Assembly (NCBI GenBank): GCA_020631895.1
Contig: JACKGR010000004.1
Coordinates: 15,260 to 79,259, forward strand
DNA from: Candidatus Nomurabacteria bacterium
GTDB taxonomy: Bacteria; Patescibacteriota; Saccharimonadia; Saccharimonadales; UBA7683
Direction of reading: 5' to 3'
DNA length: 64,000 nucleotides
Shown here piece after piece: positions 56,124 to 64,000 of this stretch. Each line of letters starts with the position of its first letter. Position 1 is the first letter of the stretch. Under the pieces are notes generated by a model. The model ran no database searches. It was given only the letters and a program-made list of their open reading frames with translations, and had not been told where the DNA came from. Both the position numbers and the translations under genes were made by a program.

Positions 56124-56585
56124 TTAGTTCTTTTTACGAGCTTTTAGTGCGTCTAGACCGTCTTCAAAGCTTTTAATACTTGTGAACTGTCTGTAAACAC
56201 TAGCGAATCGTACGTAGGCGACCTCATCTGCTCCGATGAGCTCCTCCATAACCATTTCACCAATTTCCCCAGCCCTCACTTCAGGCTTACCTAAATCGTA
56301 CAACTTACGCTCAATACGTGCAACCATATCTTCGCGCTGTGGTGCTGAAATTGATGTCTTTTCGCTAGCCCTCTCGATACCGCAAAGTATTTTATCGCGA
56401 TTGAAAACTTCTCGAACGTTATCTTTTTTTACAACAATAAGATTTGGCCGTTCTACGCGTTCATATGTCGTAAATCGAGCCGCACAAGAATCGCATTCAC
56501 GTCTACGTCTTGTGCTCTCTCCGTTAGCCACATCACGTGATTCAATCACTTTTGAGTCTACAGATTGGCATTTTGGGCATTTCAT
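56124..56585 (-). CDS. nrdR: Transcriptional repressor NrdR (zinc ribbon + ATP-cone)
   Basis: ATG 56585 gives MKCPKCQSVDSKVIESR...CDSCAARFTTYE. The ORF-track start 56591 is GTG. Confidence 0.93.
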   Translation of the reverse strand: MKCPKCQSVDSKVIESRDVANGESTRRRRECDSCAARFTTYERVERPNLIVVKKDNVREVFNRDKILCGIERASEKTSISAPQREDMVARIERKLYDLGKPEVRAGEIGEMVMEELIGADEVAYVRFASVYRQFTSIKSFEDGLDALKARKKN

Positions 56586-56623
56586 ATTCACTCCGATTTG
56601 TTACATTTGTTCTAAGTAGTTAT

Positions 56624-56639
56624 ATCCTATATATAGCGT
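56624..56639 (-). promoter_or_regulatory. Candidate NrdR box upstream of nrdR-nrdJ
   Basis: Minus strand ACGCTATATATAGGAT matches 13 of 16 positions of the acaCwAtATaTwGtgt palindrome recalled from the literature. A convincing second box was not found. Confidence 0.3.
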
Positions 56640-56686
56640 ACTTCTGCATTAGTATACCGCTAATGCTAGCGTACGTGCAAGTACAA

Positions 56687-57970
56687 TTATTTTTCTTTTT
56701 CATCGTCTTCAGGAGTAGAATCATCTTCTGTATTTTTTTTGCGTCTAAATCGTCTCAAAAATGCAGGCACTTCTCTCTCCTCGGATTTTTCATTATCTTC
56801 ATGCTCATCATCACTTGCCCAAATGTTCGATTTTGGCACATCTTCTTCCTTATGAAAAGGCGTCGGCTCGTCATCGTCATCTACCTGATGCTCAGATTCA
56901 TCATCCATATTAATTGTTTCTACTTCACCCTCGACATCACCTAACTGATTAGAAATACCTGTAGAAATCTCATCTTCATCGTCATCTTCAATATTTTGAG
57001 CTTTTGCAAAGTATGCGGCATCAAAACCGGTAGCAACGACTGTTATAGAAACCTGATCTTTCATATCTGGCTTGATAGTTGCACCAAAGATTATATTTGC
57101 ATCTGGTGAAACTGCCGCGGTTATAACTTCAGCGGCCTCGTTTACCTCATGCATTGATAAGTCTGTACCACCAGTAACATTAAATACAACTCCCCTAGCT
57201 CCATCGATAGATACTTCTAGCAGTGGTGACTCTATGGCTTGCTGGGCAGCGAGTACAGCTCGGTTCTCACCAGTAGCGCTACCGATACCCATAAGTGCCG
57301 ATCCGGCATTACTCATGATTGACTTGACATCAGCAAAGTCTAGGTTGATTAGCCCATGCTCAGTGATCAGATCAGATATTCCTTGAACTCCCTGACGTAA
57401 AACATCATCTGCAACGACAAATGCCTCCAGTAGAGGCGTATTTCTATCAATTGTCTGAAGGAGTCTGTCATTTGGTATGGTTATTAATGTATCCACATAT
57501 TTTGCAAGGTTCTCAATTGCATATTCGGCATTTTTACGTCGGCGTTCGCCTTCAAATGCAAAAGGACGAGTGGCAACTCCAACTGTGAGAATCTCCATCT
57601 CTCGAGCAAGGCGAGCCACTACGGGACCGCCACCGCTACCAGATCCACCACCGGCACCAAGAGTTATGAAGACCATGTCTGCACCAGTAAGTGCCTCTTT
57701 TATCTCAGATTCTGACTCCTCAGCAGCTTTTTGACCGACAACAGGATCAGCACCAGCGCCAAGCCCTCTTGTGACTTCTTTACCTATATGAATCTTTACC
57801 GAAGCTTTAGAGTGATACAAAGCCTGAGCATCAGTATTTATGGCTACAAACTGAACACCTTTAAGCCCAGCTTCTGCCATGCGATTTATTGCCGAACCAC
57901 CTGCACCACCAACCCCAACAACCTTGATTGATGCGAACGCTTGTATGTCTGCTGGTTTTACTTCTGGCAC
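56687..57970 (-). CDS. ftsZ: Cell division GTPase FtsZ with long acidic linker and extended tail
   Basis: 427 aa. NTDAQAL, tubulin signature [13 protein letters not shown]-terminal peptide [12 protein letters not shown] followed by 21 further residues, mostly acidic. Confidence 0.96.
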   Translation of the reverse strand: MPEVKPADIQAFASIKVVGVGGAGGSAINRMAEAGLKGVQFVAINTDAQALYHSKASVKIHIGKEVTRGLGAGADPVVGQKAAEESESEIKEALTGADMVFITLGAGGGSGSGGGPVVARLAREMEILTVGVATRPFAFEGERRRKNAEYAIENLAKYVDTLITIPNDRLLQTIDRNTPLLEAFVVADDVLRQGVQGISDLITEHGLINLDFADVKSIMSNAGSALMGIGSATGENRAVLAAQQAIESPLLEVSIDGARGVVFNVTGGTDLSMHEVNEAAEVITAAVSPDANIIFGATIKPDMKDQVSITVVATGFDAAYFAKAQNIEDDDEDEISTGISNQLGDVEGEVETINMDDESEHQVDDDDEPTPFHKEEDVPKSNIWASDDEHEDNEKSEEREVPAFLRRFRRKKNTEDDSTPEDDEKEK

Positions 57971-58108
57971 AATTTATCTCCCACTTAACTTATGCTCTTA
58001 GTATAACTGTTAGCTAAATAAAATCAATCGTCCTGAAAAAATCACTCGTCATCAGGGGTGACGTCGAACACTTTAAGTGTCCAGATTATAAAATATTGTG
58101 TTCGAAAC

Positions 58109-59356
58109 TTAGAATCCGATTTTATTTAATATGCTTTTTAGCATTGAATGAGCTTGCTGGGCACCTTGCTTTAGACCACCACCAAGCCACTTGCCTCCAA
58201 AAGCAGATTCTTCATCTCTATGTAAATCAAGTAGCATTAAACCAGCAACAACTGCTAGTTCTGGTTTAGCGAGTCTCTCTTTGAGTCCTGTAATATGCTC
58301 TGTCGGAAATGATACCCTTGCAGAAACAGAAAGCTCTTCTCTAGCAATTCTATCGATTCCAGGTAGCTGAGCAGTGCCGCCCGTCAAGCAGACTCCTCCT
58401 GGGAGTTTTTTACTAAGTCCAATTTTAGAAAGCTCTTTATCAACAGCATCAAACAACTCTGCAAGCCTAGCTGAAATTATTAGCTCGATGTCTTTAGTCA
58501 AAAACACATGCTCTTGGCGTGATACCAACACCTTAATGTGCTTAGGTCGTGTTTTACCGTTTTCTCCAAGATATTTATAATGCCGCTTTACAGCTTCGGC
58601 AACTTTTAATTCTGTCCTAAGCCCAATAGCGAGATCATTGGTAATGTGTGTACCTCCTATAGGCAAAACGCTAACTTGTTGAACATCACCATCTTCGATA
58701 GTAATTAAATTTGTAGTTGTTGAACCGATATCAATCACTGCTACACCGTGCTCTTTTTGATCACGAGTTATTGTTGCCTGTGCCGCGGCTAAGCTAGAGA
58801 CACTAATCCGGTTAATTCGTATATTTGCTGTCTCAAAAACTTTCTCTAGGTTTTTAAGGGCAGGGGCTGAAACGGTTACTACATGCGCATCAACCTCAAG
58901 GCGTGTCCCGCTCATTCCAATTGGGTCTTTGATATTCGCCTGACCATCAACTGTATAGCTTCGTGGAAAAACACTTAATATTTCGTGATGTTGAGGTATC
59001 TGAAGAACGGTCGCTGCGTCCTCGACTCTAAGTAGATCATCTGTATTAATCTCTTGACTAGATGTAGCAACAATACCCTTAGAGGCGATACCTTTAATGT
59101 GGGTCCCGTTAATATTAACAGTTGCACTTGATACTTGATGTCCAGCCATTCTCTCGGCCAATGCAATCGCCTGATCCACAGCCTGGGCTGTCTCAGAAAT
59201 GTTGACGACGCTTCCTTTTCTGAATCCACTATTTGGCGCTTCGCCAACTCCAATTAAGCTTACGGATTGATCCTCTTGTTTAATTAAGCCAATGGAGCAC
59301 CTTACCACCGTGGTACCGACATCGATGCCCACCGCTAACTCTTGATGTTCTTGCAT
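58109..59356 (-). CDS. ftsA: Cell division protein FtsA
   Basis: 415 aa. Actin-fold phosphate motifs VGIDVGTT and VIDIGSTTT. Upstream of ftsZ. Confidence 0.92.
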   Translation of the reverse strand: MQEHQELAVGIDVGTTVVRCSIGLIKQEDQSVSLIGVGEAPNSGFRKGSVVNISETAQAVDQAIALAERMAGHQVSSATVNINGTHIKGIASKGIVATSSQEINTDDLLRVEDAATVLQIPQHHEILSVFPRSYTVDGQANIKDPIGMSGTRLEVDAHVVTVSAPALKNLEKVFETANIRINRISVSSLAAAQATITRDQKEHGVAVIDIGSTTTNLITIEDGDVQQVSVLPIGGTHITNDLAIGLRTELKVAEAVKRHYKYLGENGKTRPKHIKVLVSRQEHVFLTKDIELIISARLAELFDAVDKELSKIGLSKKLPGGVCLTGGTAQLPGIDRIAREELSVSARVSFPTEHITGLKERLAKPELAVVAGLMLLDLHRDEESAFGGKWLGGGLKQGAQQAHSMLKSILNKIGF

Positions 59357-59412
59357 AACAAGTAGTATACCGCTTACGCTAGTTAGGATGCAACCATCTG
59401 AATATAAAAAAA

Positions 59413-60162
59413 CTAAAGTGAAGTAATAATTTCGGCGGAGTCTTTGGTGATTAAAAGAGTGTGCTCAAATTGAGCTGAAAGTGAGCCATCACTAGTTGAT
59501 ATTGTCCACCCGTCGCGACCCATTACTACATCATCTCCCCCGAGAGTACTCATCGGCTCAATACAAATAGTCATTCCTTCATTTAAAACCCTACCTGTCC
59601 CAGCAATTCCATAATTTGGTATATCAGGCTCTTCGTGTACTCCATGACCAACTCCATGACCAACTAAATCACGGACTATTCCAAAACCATGCCTTGTCAT
59701 TGCTTTTTCAACAGCTGCACCAATATCACCGGTTTTTACACCATCATGAAGTGTATTTATTCCTGCCTCTAGCGCATCTTGTGTCCCTTTGAGTAGTCGT
59801 CTTTTTGCGCCGGTTCCTTCTCCCACAATCATAGTAAATGCCGAGTCTGCAATCATACCTTTATACCCGACGCAAAGATCAAAACTAACTAAATCACCAT
59901 TTTCAATTACTCTAGCTCCAGGAATACCATGAACAACCTCATCATTGACTGAGATACAAATTACATCAGGAAATCCCTCGTATCCTAGTAGTGCAGTATC
60001 TCCACCAAGTCTATGAATCTCTTTTTTTGCATGATCAGCTAGATATTTGGTTGTGACACCGACTTCAACTTGGCCTTTTAAGTACTCAAATACTAAGGCG
60101 ATAATCTGACCACTAACTCTAATATTGGAAATTTCGTTGGCAGTTTTTACTTTTGTATACAT
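59413..60162 (-). CDS. map: Methionine aminopeptidase type I
   Basis: 249 aa. VVHGIP, DLCVGYKGMIADSA, GHGVG, TICIEPM metal-ligand contexts. Confidence 0.93.
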   Translation of the reverse strand: MYTKVKTANEISNIRVSGQIIALVFEYLKGQVEVGVTTKYLADHAKKEIHRLGGDTALLGYEGFPDVICISVNDEVVHGIPGARVIENGDLVSFDLCVGYKGMIADSAFTMIVGEGTGAKRRLLKGTQDALEAGINTLHDGVKTGDIGAAVEKAMTRHGFGIVRDLVGHGVGHGVHEEPDIPNYGIAGTGRVLNEGMTICIEPMSTLGGDDVVMGRDGWTISTSDGSLSAQFEHTLLITKDSAEIITSL

Positions 60163-60165
60163 TCG

Positions 60166-60723
60166 CTACTCATCACTATTAACGATTTTTAATTGAACAA
60201 GCCGCTCTTCAATTTGATCGTGAACCTGCCCTACGGTGCCCTTGCCCTGAATGTGTACCACGGGTATATTATTGGCTTTCATGAGTGAAGTTATCCGAGG
60301 AATCTCTCTGTTATATATATTAAGTCGTTCCTCGATTGCCTCTTCATTATCATCAACCCGTCCCCTAATCTTAAGCCGGCGAATGATCTCCTCGTGGGAA
60401 ACATCTAAAACAATTACGAGTTGTATTTTTTGATTCAGATTAGATTGCTCAGAAACAAGCCACTCTGCCTGATCTAATGTTCTTGGATATCCATCTAGTA
60501 TTACCTGATCAATTGATTTAGCTCGGGATATTGCCTCACCGATCTGAGAGTTTACTTTTTTTGATTCAATCAATTCGCCTGATAACATACCGTCGAGTAC
60601 TTGTGGATCCCGAGAGTCGCGGAGTAATTGACCTGCAGAGAGCCATCTCCATCCATGTCTGGCTGATAAAATTTGTCCTTGTACACTTTTACCTGCTCCG
60701 GCTGGTCCAAAAAATATAATCAT
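60166..60723 (-). CDS. adk: Adenylate kinase (short, no zinc lid)
   Basis: 185 aa. P-loop FFGPAGAGKSVQG. LDGYPRTLDQAEWL. Confidence 0.88.
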   Translation of the reverse strand: MIIFFGPAGAGKSVQGQILSARHGWRWLSAGQLLRDSRDPQVLDGMLSGELIESKKVNSQIGEAISRAKSIDQVILDGYPRTLDQAEWLVSEQSNLNQKIQLVIVLDVSHEEIIRRLKIRGRVDDNEEAIEERLNIYNREIPRITSLMKANNIPVVHIQGKGTVGQVHDQIEERLVQLKIVNSDE

Positions 60724-60745
60724 ATCAACCCTTCTTGATATTAAA

Positions 60746-61195
60746 TTAGCTTAGCTGTTGCTTAACAAGTTCGGCAATCTTTCCGCCATCCGCGGATGCC
60801 CCAGCCTTAGATTTTACAGCACCGATTACTCTGCCCATATCTTTTATTGTTACCTGCCCCATATCACCAATCGTCTGGCTGACTAATACTTTGAGATCTT
60901 GTTCTGACATCTGCTCTGGTAAATATTTTTGAATTAATTCGTATTCAGCCTTTTCGCCATTTGCTTGATCTTCTCTTCCGGCATTTGCATAAACAGTGCT
61001 AGATTCAAGCCTTTTTTTTGCTTCTTTTGATAGCAAATCAATAACTTGATCATCGCTTAGGCCACTGTCCCGCACACCAAGTTCAACTTCTTTATTTAAA
61101 ATTGCAGCTTTGAGCATTTTGAGTGCCTCGGTGACGTCTGAGTTTCCTGAAAGCATTGCTGATTTCAGATCATCTTCAATAAGTTGTTTTAGCAT
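60746..61195 (-). CDS. GatB/YqeY-domain protein
   Basis: 149 aa. LKQLIEDDLKSAMLSGN and LIQKYLPEQMSEQDL pattern. Confidence 0.85.
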   Translation of the reverse strand: MLKQLIEDDLKSAMLSGNSDVTEALKMLKAAILNKEVELGVRDSGLSDDQVIDLLSKEAKKRLESSTVYANAGREDQANGEKAEYELIQKYLPEQMSEQDLKVLVSQTIGDMGQVTIKDMGRVIGAVKSKAGASADGGKIAELVKQQLS

Positions 61196-61410
61196 TATTT
61201 CTGACCTAATCGAATGCGTTTCATTTTTTCTGCTTTGCGACTTTTTCTAATTATCGCTTTTTCTCTACGTTCTCGTTTGCTAAGAGGTTTGATGAAAAAC
61301 TCGTTATTTTTTGCAGTTGCAATAACGCCGGCTGACGCAACCTTGCGGTTGAAACGGCGAATTAGGTTTTCAACACCTTCTTTGTTATCTTTTCTTGTTA
61401 CTTGAATCAT
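61195..61410 (-). CDS. rpsU: 30S ribosomal protein bS21
   Basis: ATG 61410 gives MIQVTRKDNKEGVENLIRRFNRKVASAGV. Basic C-terminus. The ORF-track start 61419 is TTG. Confidence 0.82.
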   Translation of the reverse strand: MIQVTRKDNKEGVENLIRRFNRKVASAGVIATAKNNEFFIKPLSKRERREKAIIRKSRKAEKMKRIRLGQK

Positions 61411-61454
61411 ATTATGCAATTGTACTACAGATAGCGACTACTGACAAGTCTAAA

Positions 61455-61730
61455 TTACTTACCCTGACTCCGCTGACTCTTTAGTACCATACTCTGCAGC
61501 TCTTTAAACAGAATAAAGTGTTTGTTGGTGTAATATATTTTACTATTTCCCTTTTTCTCTGAAATCAAAAATCCGATCTTCTCAAGTCTTTTGAGCTCTC
61601 TTTGTATATTACCCGGGTCTTCTCTGATTAACTTTGCAAGTCCACGAACATGAGTTTTAAAATCTGGGTATTTTGCATAGACAATGATGATCTTTCGTCT
61701 AACTCTCGATGTGATGAATGTGTCTAGCAT
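61455..61730 (-). CDS. Winged-helix (ArsR/MarR-like) DNA-binding protein
   Basis: 91 aa. RGLAKLIREDPGNIQRELKRLEKIGFLISEKKGNSKIYY is an HTH + wing pattern. Confidence 0.65.
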   Translation of the reverse strand: MLDTFITSRVRRKIIIVYAKYPDFKTHVRGLAKLIREDPGNIQRELKRLEKIGFLISEKKGNSKIYYTNKHFILFKELQSMVLKSQRSQGK

Positions 61731-61774
61731 TATGCTATTAGTATATCACGAGCACCGTAGTAAATTCGACACTG

Positions 61775-62428
61775 TTATTTCCAGTTTTTTATTGCATTCT
61801 TTAAGATTTCGATAATTGCTTCTTGGTTGGGAATATCGTCTTCTTCAAAATAGTGACTAATGTCCATAAGTGTATCCATAACAGTTAAGATGTGTATCTC
61901 GTCGGCCAAAACGTGCATTTTATCAACTGCCTGAACCGAAGCTAATGGCGTTACTATTACTAATTTTTTGATGGATATTTTTTTTAAATAATTACTGGCT
62001 GCAATTAGAGATAATCCGTTAGTAAGACCATCAGCAACCAAAATAACCACTTTGTTTCTTACAATTTCTTCTTTAAGGATCCCACCGTTACCTAGAATTC
62101 TATTTAGCTGATGCCACTGCTCCATTTTTTCTTGCTCTATAACCCCTCTATATTCAGATTCAAGGCTCTCTAGTTCTCCTGTGCTATACATATCGTTATA
62201 AGTAAACCCGCCATTTTGATCCACAACTCCGAGAACACTTGGTTCTCCTGGAATTTTAATGTCCTCCATTAGCATAAGCATTAGCGGACAATGAAGTTCA
62301 GCGGCTATCTGCGCTCCAACTACAACGCCGCCATCAGTGAGTGCAATTATTACAGAATCGGCCGATTTATAATCTTTTAGAAGAGCTGCTAATTGCTTAC
62401 CGGCTTTTGTTCTAGACGAAAAATACAT
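61775..62428 (-). CDS. Phosphoribosyltransferase-domain protein of unknown substrate (COG1926-like)
   Basis: 217 aa. PRPP-binding loop VVILVADGLTNGLS. N-terminal GGVVVGAQIA. Confidence 0.7.
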   Translation of the reverse strand: MYFSSRTKAGKQLAALLKDYKSADSVIIALTDGGVVVGAQIAAELHCPLMLMLMEDIKIPGEPSVLGVVDQNGGFTYNDMYSTGELESLESEYRGVIEQEKMEQWHQLNRILGNGGILKEEIVRNKVVILVADGLTNGLSLIAASNYLKKISIKKLVIVTPLASVQAVDKMHVLADEIHILTVMDTLMDISHYFEEDDIPNQEAIIEILKNAIKNWK

Positions 62429-62475
62429 ACTTAGAGTGTAACAAAAGTTATACTAAGATTGTGAAGTATTATTTA

Positions 62476-64000
62476 GTGAGCCCCGTAGGAGTGATCGCAG
62501 GAAAGCAGGATAGCCTGACATATTCTTCTGATGAGGATTTTATAAATGGTCAGATAGTCAAGATTCCCTTCGGCAAAACTATGCGCATTGGAGTTATGGT
62601 GTCTTTGACTGCCAAACCAAAGTTCGCGACCAAGCCTATTGATAGCGCCTTGGAGGGATCTGTTTTGCCGGATCATTTGATAAAGTTGGCGATTTGGATA
62701 AGTGAATACTATGCTACCAGGTTGCCTTTTGTTTTTCAATCAATACTTCCAACCGGTTTATCAAAGAATAGACGAAAAATTGCTATTGACGGGCCTACGA
62801 TAAAAAGAAGTTCAAGCGTTCTTAAGCTAACAAAAGATCAGGAGAAAGTACTAAAGGATATCAGGTCATCGAGGCAGACGACACACTTACTACACGGAGT
62901 TACTGGTTCGGGTAAAACTAAAATATACCAAGAGCTGGCCCAAGATGCATTAAGTAAAAACCAAAGTGTGATAATTTTGGTTCCAGAAATTTCATTAACC
63001 CCTCAGCTGTCGTCTGAGTTTAAGCAGTTACATGAAAATGTTATGGTGCTTCACTCCAGATTAACAGAAGCTCAAAAGCACCAGAATTGGTTAACTTTAC
63101 TGAATTCTGCAGAACCATGGGTGCTAGTAGGACCAAGGTCTACAATGTTCTACCCGGTAAATAACTTAGGGTTAATTGTAATTGATGAAGCGCACGAGCC
63201 AAGTTACCAACAAGATTCCCAGCCTCAATATAACGCACTGAGGGTGGCTAGAAAATTAGCCGATCTAACCACTAATAACACTAAACTTATTTTAGGCTCG
63301 GCCACCCCTTCTGTCTCGGATTATTATTATGCCGTGGAGACAAAAACACCAATACACCGTATTTCATCCCAGACTATGGCTCGTCAAACTGAAGTAGAGA
63401 TTGTCGATATTACAGATAGACAAAACTTTGGTATACATTCGTTGTTCAGTAAAAAATTGATTAATGCTATGAACACAGCTGTTACTCAGAATGAACAAAT
63501 ACTCCTCTTCCACAACAGACGAGGTACGGCAAGAATGAGTCTTTGCTCAAATTGTGGTTGGTCTGCATCATGCGTAAATTGCCATGTTCCGCTACGCCTT
63601 CACCAAGACAAGAACACACTTCTTTGTCATATCTGCGGCTTAACTACCATTTTACCTAAAACTTGCCCGGAGTGTTCAAGTGTTCATATCGATTTTAAAG
63701 GTTTTGGAATCAAGAAGATTGAGTCAGAGATAAGCAAGCTGTTTCCAAAATTAAATGTAGCAAGGTTTGATAGTGATACAGAAGTTAAGCTACAGCTACA
63801 AAATCGATACCAAGATTTGTACGATAATAAAATACAAATAATCGTAGGTACGCAAGGTATTGCAAAAGGTCTTGATCTGCCAAATCTGTCAACAATTGGA
63901 ATCATTCAAGCGGACACTGAACTATTTATACCTGATTATTCAAGTTCAGAGAGAGCCTTCCAATTAATAACTCAAGTTATTGGTAGAGCAGGAAGACAAG
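62476..64000 (+). CDS. priA: Primosomal protein N' (PriA helicase), partial, continues past window end
   Basis: Not in the ORF track (no stop in window). Frame open from 62452, with possible starts TTG 62458, GTG 62461 and GTG 62476. GVTGSGKT Walker A, VIDEAHE, Cys4 zinc motifs CSNCGWSASCVNCHV...CHICG...CPEC. Confidence 0.88.
   Translation, partial: MSPVGVIAGKQDSLTYSSDEDFINGQIVKIPFGKTMRIGVMVSLTAKPKFATKPIDSALEGSVLPDHLIKLAIWISEYYATRLPFVFQSILPTGLSKNRRKIAIDGPTIKRSSSVLKLTKDQEKVLKDIRSSRQTTHLLHGVTGSGKTKIYQELAQDALSKNQSVIILVPEISLTPQLSSEFKQLHENVMVLHSRLTEAQKHQNWLTLLNSAEPWVLVGPRSTMFYPVNNLGLIVIDEAHEPSYQQDSQPQYNALRVARKLADLTTNNTKLILGSATPSVSDYYYAVETKTPIHRISSQTMARQTEVEIVDITDRQNFGIHSLFSKKLINAMNTAVTQNEQILLFHNRRGTARMSLCSNCGWSASCVNCHVPLRLHQDKNTLLCHICGLTTILPKTCPECSSVHIDFKGFGIKKIESEISKLFPKLNVARFDSDTEVKLQLQNRYQDLYDNKIQIIVGTQGIAKGLDLPNLSTIGIIQADTELFIPDYSSSERAFQLITQVIGRAGRQ

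Noticed and set aside
56537-56944. 135-aa plus-strand ORF spanning the nrdR start, the intergenic region and the ftsZ 3' end
   Set aside because: It is antisense to the purine-rich acidic tail of ftsZ. It is a Phe/Ile-rich low-complexity translation with no SD.
61455-62428. Winged-helix protein + PRTase-domain protein as a defence (retron-accessory-like) pair
   Set aside because: PRTase plus wHTH modules have been described as retron accessory genes. Here there is no reverse transcriptase, no msr/msd-like structured RNA, and no compositional anomaly. The pair sits between rpsU and priA like ordinary housekeeping genes.
62473-62739. 88-aa minus-strand ORF
   Set aside because: It lies antisense to the clearly recognisable 5' part of priA (Walker A GVTGSGKT follows in the plus frame).
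1-64000. CRISPR arrays, rRNA or tRNA genes, intact IS elements or prophage genes
   Set aside because: No regularly spaced direct repeats were seen. No cloverleaf-like GC-rich 70-90-nt segments were seen in any intergenic gap. No transposase, integrase or phage structural motifs were seen among the ORFs. tRNAscan/Infernal would be needed for certainty.

Overview
This 64-kb window is low-GC (about 38-40% by eye) and densely coding, and it is almost entirely housekeeping. I count roughly 62 protein genes. About 35 of them run co-directionally on the minus strand from 1.8 to 38.4 kb, with a divergent switch at rpsB/rpmE.

Lineage (inference only): the gene content points to a streamlined monoderm, plausibly a CPR/Patescibacteria (Saccharibacteria-like) genome. 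Supporting content:
- FtsEX next to a coiled-coil CHAP (PcsB-like) hydrolase
- sortase plus a sorted surface protein
- LCP ligase and FemAB-family transferase
- short EF-Ts and an INS-less ProRS
- class II RNR with NrdR
- a heliorhodopsin
- no outer-membrane genes

Recognised genes:
- Ribosomal proteins: rpmA, rpsB, rpmE, rplU, rpsU
- Translation factors and related: prfA, prfB, prmC, frr, tsf, hpf
- tRNA synthetases: serS, lysS, proS, ileS
- Division and segregation: ftsE, ftsX, ftsA, ftsZ, parA, parB
- Envelope, secretion and proteolysis: murD, uppS, ctpA, rseP, lepB, secA
- Nucleotide and other metabolism: pyrG, nrdJ, nrdR, adk, map, proB
- Transcription and replication: greA, priA (partial)

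Both RF1 and RF2 are present, so the standard code applies.

Features that are not ordinary:
1. A ~1.16-kb high-GC (about 60-65%) single-gene island encodes an SPFH/Band-7 protein. It is inserted exactly between hpf and secA and looks actinobacterial in composition.
2. A 1.41-kb direct repeat ('ftsE-ftsX versus ftsE-ftsX) is ~87% identical at nucleotide level but 94-99% at protein level. It brackets a 3.3-kb GC-elevated cargo carrying a sortase and a PPETG-anchored DUF11-type surface protein. This is the footprint of a Campbell-type insertion that splits the FtsEX-PcsB module.
3. A heliorhodopsin gene.
4. A murD gene coupled to a PP-loop protein (MurL-like candidate).
5. A T-box-like leader upstream of ileS with a UGGUACC antiterminator bulge.
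6. An 82-bp perfect-inverted-repeat element between parA and parB.
7. An attenuator-like pyrG leader with an upstream ORF that reads through a terminator hairpin.

I recognised no rRNA, tRNA, CRISPR array, transposase or integrase by eye. All family assignments are from motif recognition without database searches.
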